DNA of 64,000 nt. Origin: Octopus bimaculoides. Its lineage: Eukaryota. The stretch covers positions 69,502,745-69,566,744 of the forward strand of contig NC_068983.1 in NCBI RefSeq assembly GCF_001194135.2. The letters run 5' to 3'. Under the pieces are notes generated by a model. The model saw only the letters and a program-made list of their open reading frames with translations. It did no database searches and was not told the DNA's origin. Positions 24,043 through 36,185 of this stretch are shown here, piece after piece; position 1 is the stretch's first letter, and each line of letters starts with the position of its first letter. The position numbers and the translations under genes are program-made.

Positions 24043-24236
24043 CAGTAATCCCTCGCCATATTGTGGTTCACCTATCACTGCTTATTATTTAAGCTTACGT
24101 CGATTCCTCCATGGTGTTGTTTTGCATTTATAATAAAATAAATATATACAAATTATAAAAATAATAAAAAAAACACACAGTTACTGTTTCTACTGCGCGG
24201 ATTTTCACCTATTTATTTTTAGTCGAGGAATTACTG
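24043..24236. mobile_element. Tigger/pogo-like MITE
   Basis: TA|CAGTAATCCCTCG ... CGAGGAATTACTG|TA: 13-bp TIR with one mismatch and a TA duplication. Confidence 0.75.
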
Positions 24237-26124
24237 TACTACCTTTCCCCTCTCTGACTGGACAGAAATATACACCATGAATGCATACACATTTAACATT
24301 GGCTAAAACTAGAAAATGGATGCCTCAGCATGAACATAATGCTAATAATTGAAACTGGTAAAATATAAAAGAATATGTAACTTATGACATATGAACAGTT
24401 TATGCTGGGAAAATACTTTTCAATAAGTTTAGCTGAATTTGCATTCATGTCCATTTTCTCTGAACTTTTTTTTTTTATGCTAGTGGTTTGTTCATCATCA
24501 TTATTTCTGATGTCCTAGAATAAATTTATTTTTAAAAAAGAGGTATCTTAGTGATTTATTAGTGTGCTACTAATGATAGCAAATATATTTGAAATCTTTG
24601 TAGAGTAGTAAAAAGCAGAAAAGTATAAATTTCGATTATGACTCATTTAGTTAATATTGATTCATAATTAAACTGGGAATCATGGGAAATTTATATTATT
24701 TCCTGCTTTTTATAATTCTGTTGCTCTCAACTATTATTTTAGTCAGTTTTGTATATACATATAAGTTTAACATCTGTGAAATTTATACTTTTATACTTTT
24801 TCTAATTCTAAATGTTATTGCTAATTTTTGCCAATCTTACATATTAAAACTGAAAATGTCTGTTTGTGTGTGTATCGGTATGTCCTCGTTTTGCGCCAAA
24901 ACGGCTCGACCGATTTTACTTAAACTTCACATGCACATTGCCTATGTGTCTGGGGAGGTTTTAAGTATAAATTGATTTCAAAAGAATGTTCGGGTAAATG
25001 GCGGGAGGAATAACATTTGGGTGTGAGTGAATGGTGGGAGTAATGATTTTTAAGCTTCCAAGAGAAATAACCCATTCCCTCCTGGAAATAACCTCCAAGG
25101 GAAATAACCCATTCATTTTCAGTATGCTTATTTCTTAGTATTTGAACTATTTTAGTTATTTTCTCAATTTATCCAATACAACGCTTAAACAAGTAAATAG
25201 TATTCTCCTAAACAATAGATCCACTTATTTCGGTTAGTGACTTATTTGCGCTGCTGAGGGTAATATTCTCTGGGAACGCACAAAACCTTTTTTCACAGTT
25301 AATTACTTTGAATTGTTATCATCTTATATCTGATTTAGTATACATACCTTATTAGTATTTCCTCCTAAAATCTATATACTCTGGGAACATATTAAAGCCC
25401 TTTTCAGGGGTACTTTATTTGAATTCTTACTATAGGTTAATTAATTTCATGTTAGTACATAACTGACTTCACAATTTGGGTATTCATAACTTACTGGGAA
25501 TTCCTAAAAACAAGATCCTTTGTAAGACAGTTTGGTATTCTCTGTAAATGCACAAAAAACATTTTAAGGGCTACATACTTTGCATTGTTGTTACTGGATT
25601 AGCAAAACAATTATGAGAATGGAACCAAGGGATAAGCCTGCTTTCCTGGGAATTATTGGGTATGTCAGCTACNNNNNNNNNNNNNNNNNNNNNNNNNNNN
25701 NNNNNNNNNNNNNNNNNNNNNNNNNNNNNNNNNNNNNNNNNNNNNNNNNNNNNNNNNNNNNNNNNNNNNNNNNNNNNNNNNNNNNNNNNNNNNNNNNNNN
25801 NNNNNNNNNNNNNNNNNNNNNNNNNNNNNNNNNNNNNNNNNNNNNNNNNNNNNNNNNNNNNNNNNNNNNNNNNNNNNNNNNNNNNNNNNNNNNNNNNNNN
25901 NNNNNNNNNNNNNNNNNNNNNNNNNNNNNNNNNNNNNNNNNNNNNNNNNNNNNNNNNNNNNNNNNNNNNNNNNNNNNNNNNNNNNNNNNNNNNNNNNNNN
26001 NNNNNNNNNNNNNNNNNNNNNNNNNNNNNNNNNNNNNNNNNNNNNNNNNNNNNNNNNNNNNNNNNNNNNNNNNNNNNNNNNNNNNNNNNNNNNNNNNNNN
26101 NNNNNNNNNNNNNNNNNNNNNNNN

Positions 26125-26200
26125 CAGAATGTGTAAAGGAGTACTAGGCAGAATGTGTAAAGGAGTACTAGGCAGAATGTGTAAAGGAGTACTAGACAGA
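26125..26200 (+). repeat. 24-bp minisatellite (cagaatgtgtaaaggagtactagg), 3 visible copies next to a gap
   Basis: Direct tandem units. The array probably continues into the 25673-26124 gap. Confidence 0.85.
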
Positions 26201-26207
26201 ATGAGTA

Positions 26208-26440
26208 AAGGCGGCAAGCTGGCTGAAACGTTAGCACGCTGGATGAAATGCTTAGCGGTATTCCGTCTGTCTTTACGTTCTGAGTTCAAATTCCGCCGAG
26301 GTCGACTTTGCCTTTCATCCTTTCGGAGTTGATAAATTAAGTATCAGTGATGCACTGCGGTCGATGTAATCGACTTAATCCCTTTGTCTGTCCTTGTTTG
26401 TCCCCTCTATGTTTAGCCCCTTGTGGGCAATAAAGAAATA
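26208..26440 (+). mobile_element. tRNA-derived SINE family A (other copies: about 10420-10640, 18830-19000, 22465-22640, 23700-23840, 28045-28265, 41578-41760, 51455-51680, 55200-55575, 61790-61940, 61955-62170 on +; 7700-7880, 27040-27160, 51200-51430, 52760-52850, 59825-59925 on -)
   Basis: Head ggcggcgagctggcagaatcgttagc with B-box gagttcaaattcc. Core gactttgcctttcatcctttcggggtcgataaattaagtaccag resembles the Meta/MESC SINE domain (from memory). Confidence 0.85.
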
Positions 26441-27345
26441 ACAATGAGTACTAGGCTTACAAAGAATAAATCCTGTAGTTGATTTCTTTGACCAACGGCG
26501 GTGCTTCAGCATGTCCGCAGTCACATGAATGAAAGAAGTAAAACAATAAAAATCTATGCCATTTTAATCCCGAATAAGGCCGGGTATCTCTGCTAGTTCT
26601 TTATAAATATGTAAATTTATTTCACCAATGTTTATTGCATTGTTATAGCTGTATCAGAGTTTAAAAATGCAGTGATAATTTAGCTCTTAAATGGTGTGGA
26701 TATATTTTATGATACTTATATATCAGTTCAGTGCATAGAAATATTGATTCTGTGTCATTGTTGATCAATGTATGATACTTGAAGCAAAACATGGTATTGT
26801 TTAAATCAATATATGATACTGTTCAAAGTCTATGACTTAGTTTAAAACAGTATCTGATATAGTTGTATATATCACATGTATTTGTATGATATAGTTCAAA
26901 CCAACATATGTAGGTCATAACAATGTATGGTAGAGTTCAAAGCAAGGATTTGTATTGTTCAAATCTGTTTTCACATTGTGAAATGAAACATAATTTCAAA
27001 CTTTTAGTACTAAACAACAAATTTTGAAAAATTGCTTCCAGTACTTGACTGGGTCTCAAAGAGATGAACAGCAAAGTTGACTGAAGTCGGAGTTGAACTC
27101 AATGTAGGTGAATGTAATTAAATACTCTAGGATATTTTGTTGAATGCTCTATCAATTCTACTAAATACAGTAGTATATATTTTATGATGTAACCATAAAA
27201 TATACAATACTGTAAGGGCAGCTCTTACAGTTAGCTGTTGTAGCTTGAAATTTCTTTTTCTGTTATTTTTATTTGTTTTTAAATGATTTAATTACTTCTG
27301 CTGATGAAATCATTAAAAAATTCTGTTGATTTTTAATTGCTTTAG

Positions 27346-27458
27346 AGATAACTCCTCCTGAGATTGGTCAAAGTGGCATCTCAGGGAAAGGTAAAAATAT
27401 TACAACCAAACACGATGCTGTGATTTGTGGGCGGAAAAATGCATCAAAACTTATTGAG
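27346..27458 (+). CDS. RIOK3: RIOK3 coding exon 4 (ITPPEIGQSGISGKGKNITTKHDAVICGRKNASKLIE)
   Basis: Acceptor tgctttag, donor gag|gtgagg, phase 1/0. GKGK.ITTKHD.V.CGRKN is the conserved RIO1/RIO3-type motif. Confidence 0.95.
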
Positions 27459-27873
27459 GTGAGGTATTATTTTTCAGTTCTGAGATAATTCTTCAATGAT
27501 TATGTTCCTAACCCTGACAAACAAGGGGGTTCTTGCAACCCATTTGATAGCATGATGCTAGCGACTATCTCTAATTTTGTAATACAAATCTTTGTTTTAA
27601 ACATTACATATTTAAATCTAAGCCATCCATTATTCTTTTATATAAAATTCTTTTGTTAAGTTACATTCCAAACACTATCATAATAATTAAAATTAATTAG
27701 CTAAATCCTTCAAACAGTTGATTATTTTCAAAATTGTAGAAAGTGTATTTAATTAGAATTGTTACCACACACATATTTTCAATGATATCATTTAATATAT
27801 TGTCTTCAACATAGCTTGTATGTTCTGACATTGTTTCTTCTACTTAACTGTACTTTGTTAAATATTGTTTCAG

Positions 27874-28011
27874 TTTTCTGATAAGTCTGGTGATGGTGAA
27901 GGTATGAATTTAAAACTGCCAAACGATGTTTACAACCGGTTACGTGTGCACAGTTCTGCCATGAATAAACGTTTCAACAAAGTCCATGAAAAGAAAGAAC
28001 ATTCTACAGCT
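27874..28011 (+). CDS. RIOK3: RIOK3 coding exon 5 (FSDKSGDGEGMNLKLPNDVYNRL...VHEKKEHSTA)
   Basis: Acceptor tgtttcag, donor gct|gtatgt, phase 0/0. GDG.GM.LKL and HEKKEHSTA match RIOK3. Confidence 0.95.
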
Positions 28012-28999
28012 GTATGTAGCTTTTTTTTATTATTATTATTAAGGTGGTGAGCTGGCAGAATCGTTAGCATGCCATGCAAAATGCTTAGTGGCATTTCATC
28101 TGTCCTAATGTTTTGAGTTCAAATCCCGCCAAGGGCAGCTTTGCCTTTCATCCTTTCAGGGTCGATGAAATAAGCACCAGTTATACTCTAGGGTTCATGT
28201 AATCGACTAGCTCCCTCTCTCCCAAATTTCAAGCCTTGTGCCTATAGTAGAAAGAAGGATTATTATTATTTATTATTTGAATTTCTCAGTGCAAGATGTT
28301 TGTTAAGGTCACGAGATTTCAGAACAGTTCATAAGTGTGTGTGTGTGTATCATCATCATCGTTTAACGTCCGCTTTCCATGCTAGCATGGGTTGGACGAT
28401 TTGACTGANNNNNNNNNNCATGGATTGAACGGTAAGCTGAGGGGCTGCACCAATTTGATTTGGCATGATTTCTATGGCTGGATGCCCTTCCTAATGCCAA
28501 CCACTCCGAGAGTGTAATGGGTGCTTAGATATGCCACTGGCATGAGTGCCAGTGGTGTTACACCAGTATCTGCCACAATTATGATTTCACTTGGCTTGAT
28601 AGGTCATCTTCTCAAGTACAGCATATTGCCAAAAACCTTGGTCACTTGTCATAACCTCTATGAGACCCAGCACTTGATAGGTGCTGTTTACATGTCACCA
28701 GCATGGGTACAGGTTACGCAACACTGGCATCGGCCACATTGCTTCTGTGAGGCCCAATGCTTGAAAGGTGCTTTTTACATGCACCCGGCATGGGTACCAG
28801 TTATGTGACACTAACAATGGCCACAACTATGATTTCACTTGGCTTGATGGGTCTTCTCAAGCACAGCATATCCCCAAAGGTCTCAGTCACTAGTCATTGC
28901 TAAGACCCATTCTGCATGCACTCATTCAACTTCTGAGTTGTGGAATTTTATTGAACAACAATTGACTCATTTGATTTGGTCATCAACTAAATCTGTTCT

Positions 29000-29330
29000 G
29001 AAGATCACCTCGCTGTCTTCCTCTGGCTGTGAATGGCAAGTGGTTGTCTGGTGCCTATGGTAAAAGAGGCTTTGTCGTGAACATGACTGGAAAGACTGAG
29101 GACAGATTTTTTTTCTTTGGCTAAGCAAGTTCCATTTGCTCTCCAGTAAATTTGCTGAAAGTTGTGTGAGAGTAATGCCCTAGCTAGATAAGCCAACATT
29201 CAGCATTTGTGTGTCGACTAGAGAATGGCAACTTGAAGAGGGCACTTATCCTTGGTAGCCAATGTAATCCTGAACTTAGGGACCTTGATTTGCCCTACAT
29301 AGTGATGCTCTTTTTGGAACATTAACATAC
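29000..29330 (+). mobile_element. Highly decayed Tx1/L1-like fragment in RIOK3 intron 5
   Basis: Weak peptide resemblance (RGHLSLVANVI...LGTLICP) to the post-RT region of the 59.9-61.5 kb element. Many stops. Confidence 0.3.
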
Positions 29331-29888
29331 ACCTGCAACATTGTATGCTATTACTTTCAGTTTATTTCACCCAGTTTCAGTGTAAACCTCCACATTTTTG
29401 TAAACTGCCCTTGTAATGTTCATTCATCTGCCATTTAGTGCTAATAAAAGAACTGATTATTCTTGTGGCAAGAACAGTTTGTTGGTAGAATTATGTTTTG
29501 AACAAAGTGCCTTGCAGTATTTAGTTGTAGCCCTTTGCATTCTGAAGTTAACTTAACCTTTCATTATTTATATAAAATATTGAGCAACGAAGCTCTGGGG
29601 TCACTGAAAACGAGTGTTCTCTCCCTACCAAAATTTCTAGCCTTGTACCTATATAAGAAATTGTTAGTGTAATATTAAGAAAGTGCAAAACTAAATACCT
29701 AGTGGTATTTAATTCTATCATTTTGCATTCTGAGTTTATATTCTATGGGGACTGACTTTAACTTTCATATTTCTGGGGTTAATAAAGTACTAGTCATTTC
29801 CTGAGTTTACTTTACAGCTCTGTAAATTGTTGCCTTGTGGCATATATTTGCCATTATTATTAGTTGTATTTTTATTTCTAAATTGCAG

Positions 29889-30076
29889 ATAGAAGCTATT
29901 GATCATGATACACATCTCATTCTTTTCCAAATGATTAACAATGGCATTTTTGAGAAAAATCTAGGAATTATCTCTACTGGTAAAGAATCTATTGTCCTGT
30001 ATTGTGATGCTGGAGAAAATCTGGCTTCATATATGGAAAGCAAGTTCACAAAAGATAATAATTTACCAATGTCTGG
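29889..30076 (+). CDS. RIOK3: RIOK3 coding exon 6 (winged-helix end and P-loop, ISTGKESIV)
   Basis: Acceptor aattgcag, donor gg|gttagt, phase 0/2. Contains STGKES, the RIO kinase nucleotide-binding loop. Confidence 0.93.
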
Positions 30077-31602
30077 GTTAGTAACTCTTTGCTTTTTTTC
30101 TGATGCTGGCAAAATTACATTTGTTTTTGTGTTTTTTTGTGTAGTTGTTGTTTAGCCCCAGGTCAATTCTGATTGAAGGGACCTCTGATCTAAGGCATTT
30201 TAGTTGTGAACATCCTTGTCTTATAGATCTATCTATTGGAGATCTATCTAATGTGTCATTTCCTCTATTCATGATAGTGGGGCATAATTTGAAGGTTTGA
30301 TTTCTAGTCAATTGAGTGACCTTGTGAAAGCTCCTTTATTCCTTTACAAGTATCGGGTTGTGATTTTATATATGTAGATGGTACTGGTGTTTTTATTGTA
30401 TGTTGAATAGACCACATGCCCAGAGCCTGAGGATTGCTTGGAGGCACAAGGCATGTTATAAAAACCTACCAAGACCCGTGTATCCAATGCAAGAAATTTT
30501 CAGTAAACTGTATATTTTCTGAGGTTAATAAAGTACTAATCATATCTTGAGTCAATTGTATGACATTCCAAAATTGTTGCCTTGTGACCTATATGTAATT
30601 TTACTTTCTGCAATTTTTCACTTTACATAAAATTCTCGGTTTGAAATGTTCAGTATAGTTACTCTTATGAGCCAACAGTCCGTTTGTGTCTAAGTTAGTG
30701 AAGCTGTTGTTATGGTTGAATATTTTGTTAGTATGTAGGTTAAAATAGTTATCAGTCAGTGATATCTTGTTAACATGTAGTTTAATGTAGCTGTTAGTGG
30801 GTATCAAGGTTGGTGTTGCTATTGTAGTGGGTGTCATCTTGTTAGATTGGAGGTGGTGCTATATTTTGTGTTGTGAATCTGTAGTAAGTTTTGTAACACT
30901 TTTGTGTAACCCAGTGAAGCAGCATGTTAAGAGAGAGATATAGATGGGTAGATTTGTTTAGAAAAATAAGACATGAAATCATATTTATCAGCAATAATCT
31001 TCAAAAGCTGCATATCATCAATATCTCCAAGTATATTTTATTGCTTAATCAGGGAGGGAAGGGCAGTGTTTGTTTTTTTCTTTTTCTTATCTTTTTCTTC
31101 TTCTCTGAGACTGGTGGACAGAAGGGAAGAAGTTATGCTCAACCCAGAACCCGGTTCAAATGCCTGCATCAGTGTGTTTCCACTAAAGGCACCTGAGAAC
31201 CAATATCAGGTGTTAAACCAAGCGATTGTTCATGTTTACTAACCAAGTGGGCCACAGTGAGATTTGAACTCAAAGTTAGTTTTAATTTAGTTTTTAAAAT
31301 AGATCACCACTGAAGTCAACTTTCTCTCAGTTGTGCTTTTTATCATGCTCTGTGATATATATATATATATATATATATTGAACGTGTTTATGACAGCATT
31401 GACCAGTTTAAATGTCATATATACATATGTAGTAGGCATAGTTAAGTAGGTTAAGTTTGCTTTGCAACCACTTGGTTTAGAGTTCTTTTGCACTGTATGG
31501 CACCTTGAGCAATTATCTTCTACTATAGCCTTAAGCAGAGAAATATCTTAGAAGTGAAATTTGTTCAGGCTCCACCTAAAGTTTTATAAAAGCCCCATTA
31601 TA

Positions 31603-31830
31603 TTGGGTTGTCCGGAAAGTTCATGCCGATTTATAGTAGCTTACCTTTCGACTTATTTGCCATGAAACCACCTCAATTCTGGGAAGAGGGTATTTTCAAG
31701 TTAAAGGAAAGATGGAGATACATTGTGCAACAAAATGATTCATATTTGGTTGATTAAAAATGTAATGGCAAGTATTTATTGAACTTTTTCTTTCCTTTAA
31801 AAATCGGCACAAACTTTCCAGACAACCTAA
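31603..31830 (+). mobile_element. Internally deleted mariner (MITE-size) in RIOK3 intron 6
   Basis: TA|TTGGGTTGTCCGGAAAGTTCATGCCGATTT ... AAATCGGCACAAACTTTCCAGACAACCTAA|TA. Interior keeps the transposase C-terminus FWEEG/FKLKERWRYIVQQNDSYLVD*. Confidence 0.85.
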
Positions 31831-32365
31831 TAATTATATATGTGCATGTATGTCAGTGTGTATGTGTGTGTTCAAATGTTGTTTATCATCACTCTGATAG
31901 TGTTTGAGCAAAAACGGTGACTCTTATTTACATCAGTTAGAAGCTGTGTTCCTTGTAACTTGGCTGTTTTGATTTTTGAAGACCAGTGAAATGAAAATAC
32001 CTGTCTTTGAAAACAAGTAAAAATTGGCAAGGGGATAAGCATCTAGCTGTAGAATACTGTCTTGATAAGTCTCATTCAACCTATGTAGCTTGCCAAGGCT
32101 GACATAAAAGAACGATGATTATGATGATGCTATTTTTAGCTACAGGTATAATTGTTAGTCATAAGTATTAATGCTTTGTGATGAAATTGTGAGACTGCTG
32201 CTTATTGGAGGTTATTCAACGCTGTAAAAGGTCATCTTTGTTGGAACTTGGTGATAGTTTTAATGCTGATTGAATTTGTGCAAAATGAATATTGTTTTAA
32301 TAATAAAAAAAAGTTAAATGTTCTTTCGTAAAGTTTTAAACATATAAATTAATTTGCTTCTCTAG

Positions 32366-32548
32366 AGATTCAGAGACGTGCCCTAAGGTGTGTGCCATTA
32401 AAGTATTTAAAACCTCATTGAGTAAATTCAAAAACCGAAAGCAATATTTTGTTGGTGACAGTCGGTTTAAGGACAATGCTATGCGAAGACAGAATCCACG
32501 TAAAGTGATAAGAAGTTGGTCGAAAAAGGAAGCTGCTAACTTACACAG
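32366..32548 (+). CDS. RIOK3: RIOK3 coding exon 7 (CAIKVFKTS...NPRKVIRSWSKKEAANLHR)
   Basis: Acceptor cttctctag, donor ag|gtatca, phase 2/2. Has the ATP-binding Lys (AIKVFK) and the helix-C Glu. Confidence 0.96.
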
Positions 32549-32924
32549 GTATCATTGATTCTATATCTTTTTTTCATAGCACTCATACTTTACCAAAGTT
32601 AAAGGTGCTTGTTATATAATCATCTGTCAAACGTCATAACTATTTTTGATTGTTTGTAAATTTGAACAGTTAATTTGCTATAAAGGCCATGCAACAGTAA
32701 AAACTATTGCTCCAGTAAGTGTGCAGATTTGTAAAATCTGTCATGTAGTTGCTATAGAAAATTGAATGTAAAATTACAATTTTTCCTCTAAGTTGATCTT
32801 AATTTGTAATGAAACCTTGTGTGGGTCTTTGATGGAGTGGTAAAATAGACTAGTAAAGATGGGTCTATTTTACTACTCTGGCAAAGATTCACTCAAAGCT
32901 GTAGAACAGAACGGTTTTTGTTAG

Positions 32925-33372
32925 GGTTGTGGGTCGAAAAAGTGTTTGCTGTGGTTGTGGGATAGAACAGTCTTTATTGTGATTGTGGGATAGAACAACC
33001 TTTACTGTGGTTGTGGAATAGAACAATCTTTACTGTGGTTGTGGGATAGAACAACCATTATTGTGGTTGTGGGATAGAACAGCCTTTACTGTGGTTGTGG
33101 GATAGAACAGCTTTTACTTTGGTTGTAGGATAGAACAGTTGTTACTGTGGTTGTGAGATAGAACAGTCTTTACTGTGGTTGTGAGATAGAACAATCTTTA
33201 CTGTGGTTGTGGGATAGAACAGTCTTTACTGTGGTTGTGGGATAGAACAGTCTTTACTGTGGTTGTGGGATAGANNNNNNNNNNTGGTTGTGGGATAGAA
33301 CAGTCTTTACTGTGGTTGTGGGATAGAACAGTCTTTACTGTGGTTGTGGGATAGAACAGTCTTTGTTTGGGT
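32925..33372 (+). repeat. 28-bp minisatellite (actgtggttgtgggatagaacagtcttt), about 15 copies, RIOK3 intron 7
   Basis: Tandem units visible directly, with a small gap at 33275-33283. Units are more diverged at the 5' edge. Confidence 0.95.
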
Positions 33373-33532
33373 TGTGTGAAAGAAAAGTGCTTGCTAATGA
33401 AATGTTGCTCTTTGAATATGTTTTTTTTTTTAATTAAAAACCATGAGGTTGATGGGTGTTTGTTGAGTCTATGCCCTTCTGACTTCTGACAGTCATTAGA
33501 AAGTTGAAAATGCCTTTGGTTTTTCTCTTCAG

Positions 33533-33692
33533 ATTAAGACGCTTTGGTATTCCATGTCCCACCCTAATTAGTTTGAAAAATCATGTCTTAGTCATGTCTT
33601 TTATTGGTCATGGTCACCAAGCTGCACCAAAACTAAGGGATGCAAACTTCACTACAGAGGAATTGAAAAGTGCTTTTCAACAAACAATTAAG
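33533..33692 (+). CDS. RIOK3: RIOK3 coding exon 8 (GIPCPTLISLKNHVLVMSFIG...APKL)
   Basis: Acceptor ttctcttcag, donor aag|gtatgg, phase 2/0. GIPCP, HVLVMSFIG and APKL are RIO hallmarks. Confidence 0.96.
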
Positions 33693-33800
33693 GTATGGTT
33701 GTATGTTTATTCTAGTTTGTTTTGTTGCTGCTATTAATTTGTTTCATTAATTAAAACAGTAAATATGATTGAATTAAGGGTAACTGAATTGCAATGAATA

Positions 33801-34380
33801 TGTAGCATACACAGCTCAAGCAGCACTGCACAGGTTCTAACATAGCACTGTTCGTGAATTACTTCGCCATGGTTAACAGTGAATATATAACCTTCGAGAA
33901 CTCCTGTACCAAGTGACCTAGGCAGCAGCATTACAGCCACAACTTCGTACGACATGTACCGAACTGGCTCAGCATCATCACCACAACTTCTTGATACAGT
34001 ATTTCTATTACCGTATACAATTGATTACGAACTGGTATTTCTCATTCCTGTGTCTGTGAACATTTGTCTAACTTTCTCATTATAGACTCTTTCACTGCCT
34101 TCTTCTTCATTGCTATTCTTATATGTACTTAACGCACACACATACATCATGTCTATATACACATACACTTTGTTCTCATAATGGCCTGTCTCTTATTCTG
34201 TATACATGACACAAGCACAGACACACATGTTAAGCTATCAATAAATCATCTCTCAAACTTTCTACTCAGTTGTGTCTCTCTCTTTCCAACTCGCACATTG
34301 CATGTATTATTAATACAGTTGTCTGAACGGAGTCGTTATCAGATGGTTTCCGCGCTTCACCACTACCATCGAAAAATACA
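33801..34380 (+). mobile_element. Possible solo LTR in RIOK3 intron 8
   Basis: TGTAGCA...AAATACA termini, internal AATAAA, more CpG than its flanks. No matching TSD found. Confidence 0.3.
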
Positions 34381-34906
34381 TTGCAGTTGTTAGCAGAAGT
34401 GAGGTCCATGTTCTAGATGAGCTACAAACCTACTTAATCACTGCTCTTTTTGCCCCTTTTATTAGAGAGATTTCTTTTTTTGAGGTGGTCATGAGTGGTT
34501 TGTAACATTTTTGATCCTATGTAGTTAGTACCAAACCTGGTCCTATGTCATCAACTCCTCCAAAACTGGTTGTATTAAAATGATCCACATTTAAATTGAA
34601 AGCTCAACCAAAGTTTTGTTAAACTACTCTGAAATCAAAATTTTGTGCAACAACTTTTTGTAAAGTTGTATTCAAAATACCAGCTTTTGGGTACATTTAT
34701 CAGATGCACTCTATTGCAAAGGCCATGGGTATAGCTGTTCCTCCTCTGACTAAACGCATACATAGAGCTCACACATACACAGTGGAAGCTAAATAAAAGG
34801 TGTAATATTACTTATGGGAATAGAACATCCTTGTGTCTTCTGTAAATAATGTAGTGATGCTATATGTCACCAACATGACATCACAACATCAACCATCTGA
34901 ATTATA

Positions 34907-36185
34907 TTGAGTTGGAAAGAAAGTAATTTCGGTTTTTTAGTGTGAAATAAAAGCCATTTTTTTTTTTCACACAAAGAATGAACTTTAATCAATTATATAT
35001 TTTCCATTTTGTTCGATGATCTTTTGCCATTTTTCTGGCAACTTCATGATTCTGCGTTCATAGAATTTCTGGTTCTTAGCCAAAAACTGAAACAAGTGTA
35101 ATTTCAGGTCATCATCATTATTGAAAGTTTTACCATTCAAAGAATTTTGCAAACTTGGAAATAAACAGTAATCTGATGGTGCAAGATCAGGGCTATATAG
35201 TGGATGTGACATCACTTCCCAACCAAGCTTCAGTAATTTTTCATGAGTTGGCAAAGACGTGTGTGATCTAGCGTTGTCATGGTGGAATACGATTCCTTTA
35301 CGATTTGCTAATTCTGGCCATTTTTCTCTGATTGTTTCCTCCAGTTTCATTAGCTGTTGACAGTAAACATCTGAAATGATCGTTTGGTTCCTTGGAAGCA
35401 GCTCAAAATACACAGCACTTTTGTAATCCCACCAAATTGACTGTGTGACCTTTTTTTGATGCAATTCAGGTTTCGATGTGGTTTGTGCTGGTTTGGACCA
35501 TGATCGTTTTTGATTGATGTTATTGGAGACAATCCATTTTTCCTCACCAGTGATCATTTGTTTAAAAATAAATTGATTTCATTGTGTTTGAGATGTATAT
35601 CACAAATAGTGATTTATTGTGTTAAGTGACTCTCTTTCAATTTATGTGGAACCCAAATATTAAACTTCTTAATGAGTCTAAGACATTTTAAGTAATTTTC
35701 GATTGTTGTGTGTGACACATTTAACCTCTCTGCAATCTCTCGCACAATTATATGACAATCAGATTCACTTATGGCTTTGATTCAATCATCATCAACTTCA
35801 GTAGGTCGACCAAAACATTCCTTGTCTTTGAGTGAAAAAATCTCCAGAACAGAATTTTTAAAACCATTTGTGACATGTGCGTTCTGTTAAGTAATCAACA
35901 CCATAAACTTCACATATCTCTTTGTGAGCCTCAACATCTTTCTTGCCTTTATGGAAATAAAAAAGCAAAATATAGTGAAAATGTTCGCTTTTACACTCCA
36001 TGTTAAAATTGACACTGAACTAACAGCTGTAAACAAAATTATGTGCAATTTGCTTCTAAAGTAAGCTAAAAGTAATGGCTATCAAATGTCAAAAGAAAAA
36101 AAAAATCACAACATTGACAAAAGTCATTCAAAAAATTTGTAACTATCTGTTTGCAAAAAACGAAATTACTTTCTTGCGAACCCAA
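34907..36185 (-). mobile_element. Full-length (1279 bp) decayed mariner DD34D transposon, antisense in RIOK3 intron 8
   Basis: TA flanks at 34905-06 and 36186-87. TIRs ttgagttggaaagaaagtaatttcgg / cgaaattactttcttgcgaacccaa. ORF 34985-35557 has ITG(E)EKW, HHDNARSH and HPLYSPDLAPSDY. The first catalytic D is replaced by E and the N-terminal half is disrupted. Confidence 0.95.

Larger units (their letters stand above)
24835..26596 (+). mobile_element. Non-autonomous Helitron-like element in RIOK3 intron 3, carrying SINE pieces and a minisatellite
   Basis: 5' A|TC ttacatattaaaactgaaaatgtc, followed by the motif aaaacggctcgaccgattttacttaaactt. 3' hairpin cccgaataaggccggg, then CTAG|T. Spans an N-gap, so continuity is inferred. 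Confidence 0.6.

Noticed and set aside
32925-33372. Regular 28-bp repeat considered as a CRISPR array
   Set aside because: Units are head-to-tail with no unique spacers, there are no cas genes, and it sits in a eukaryotic intron.
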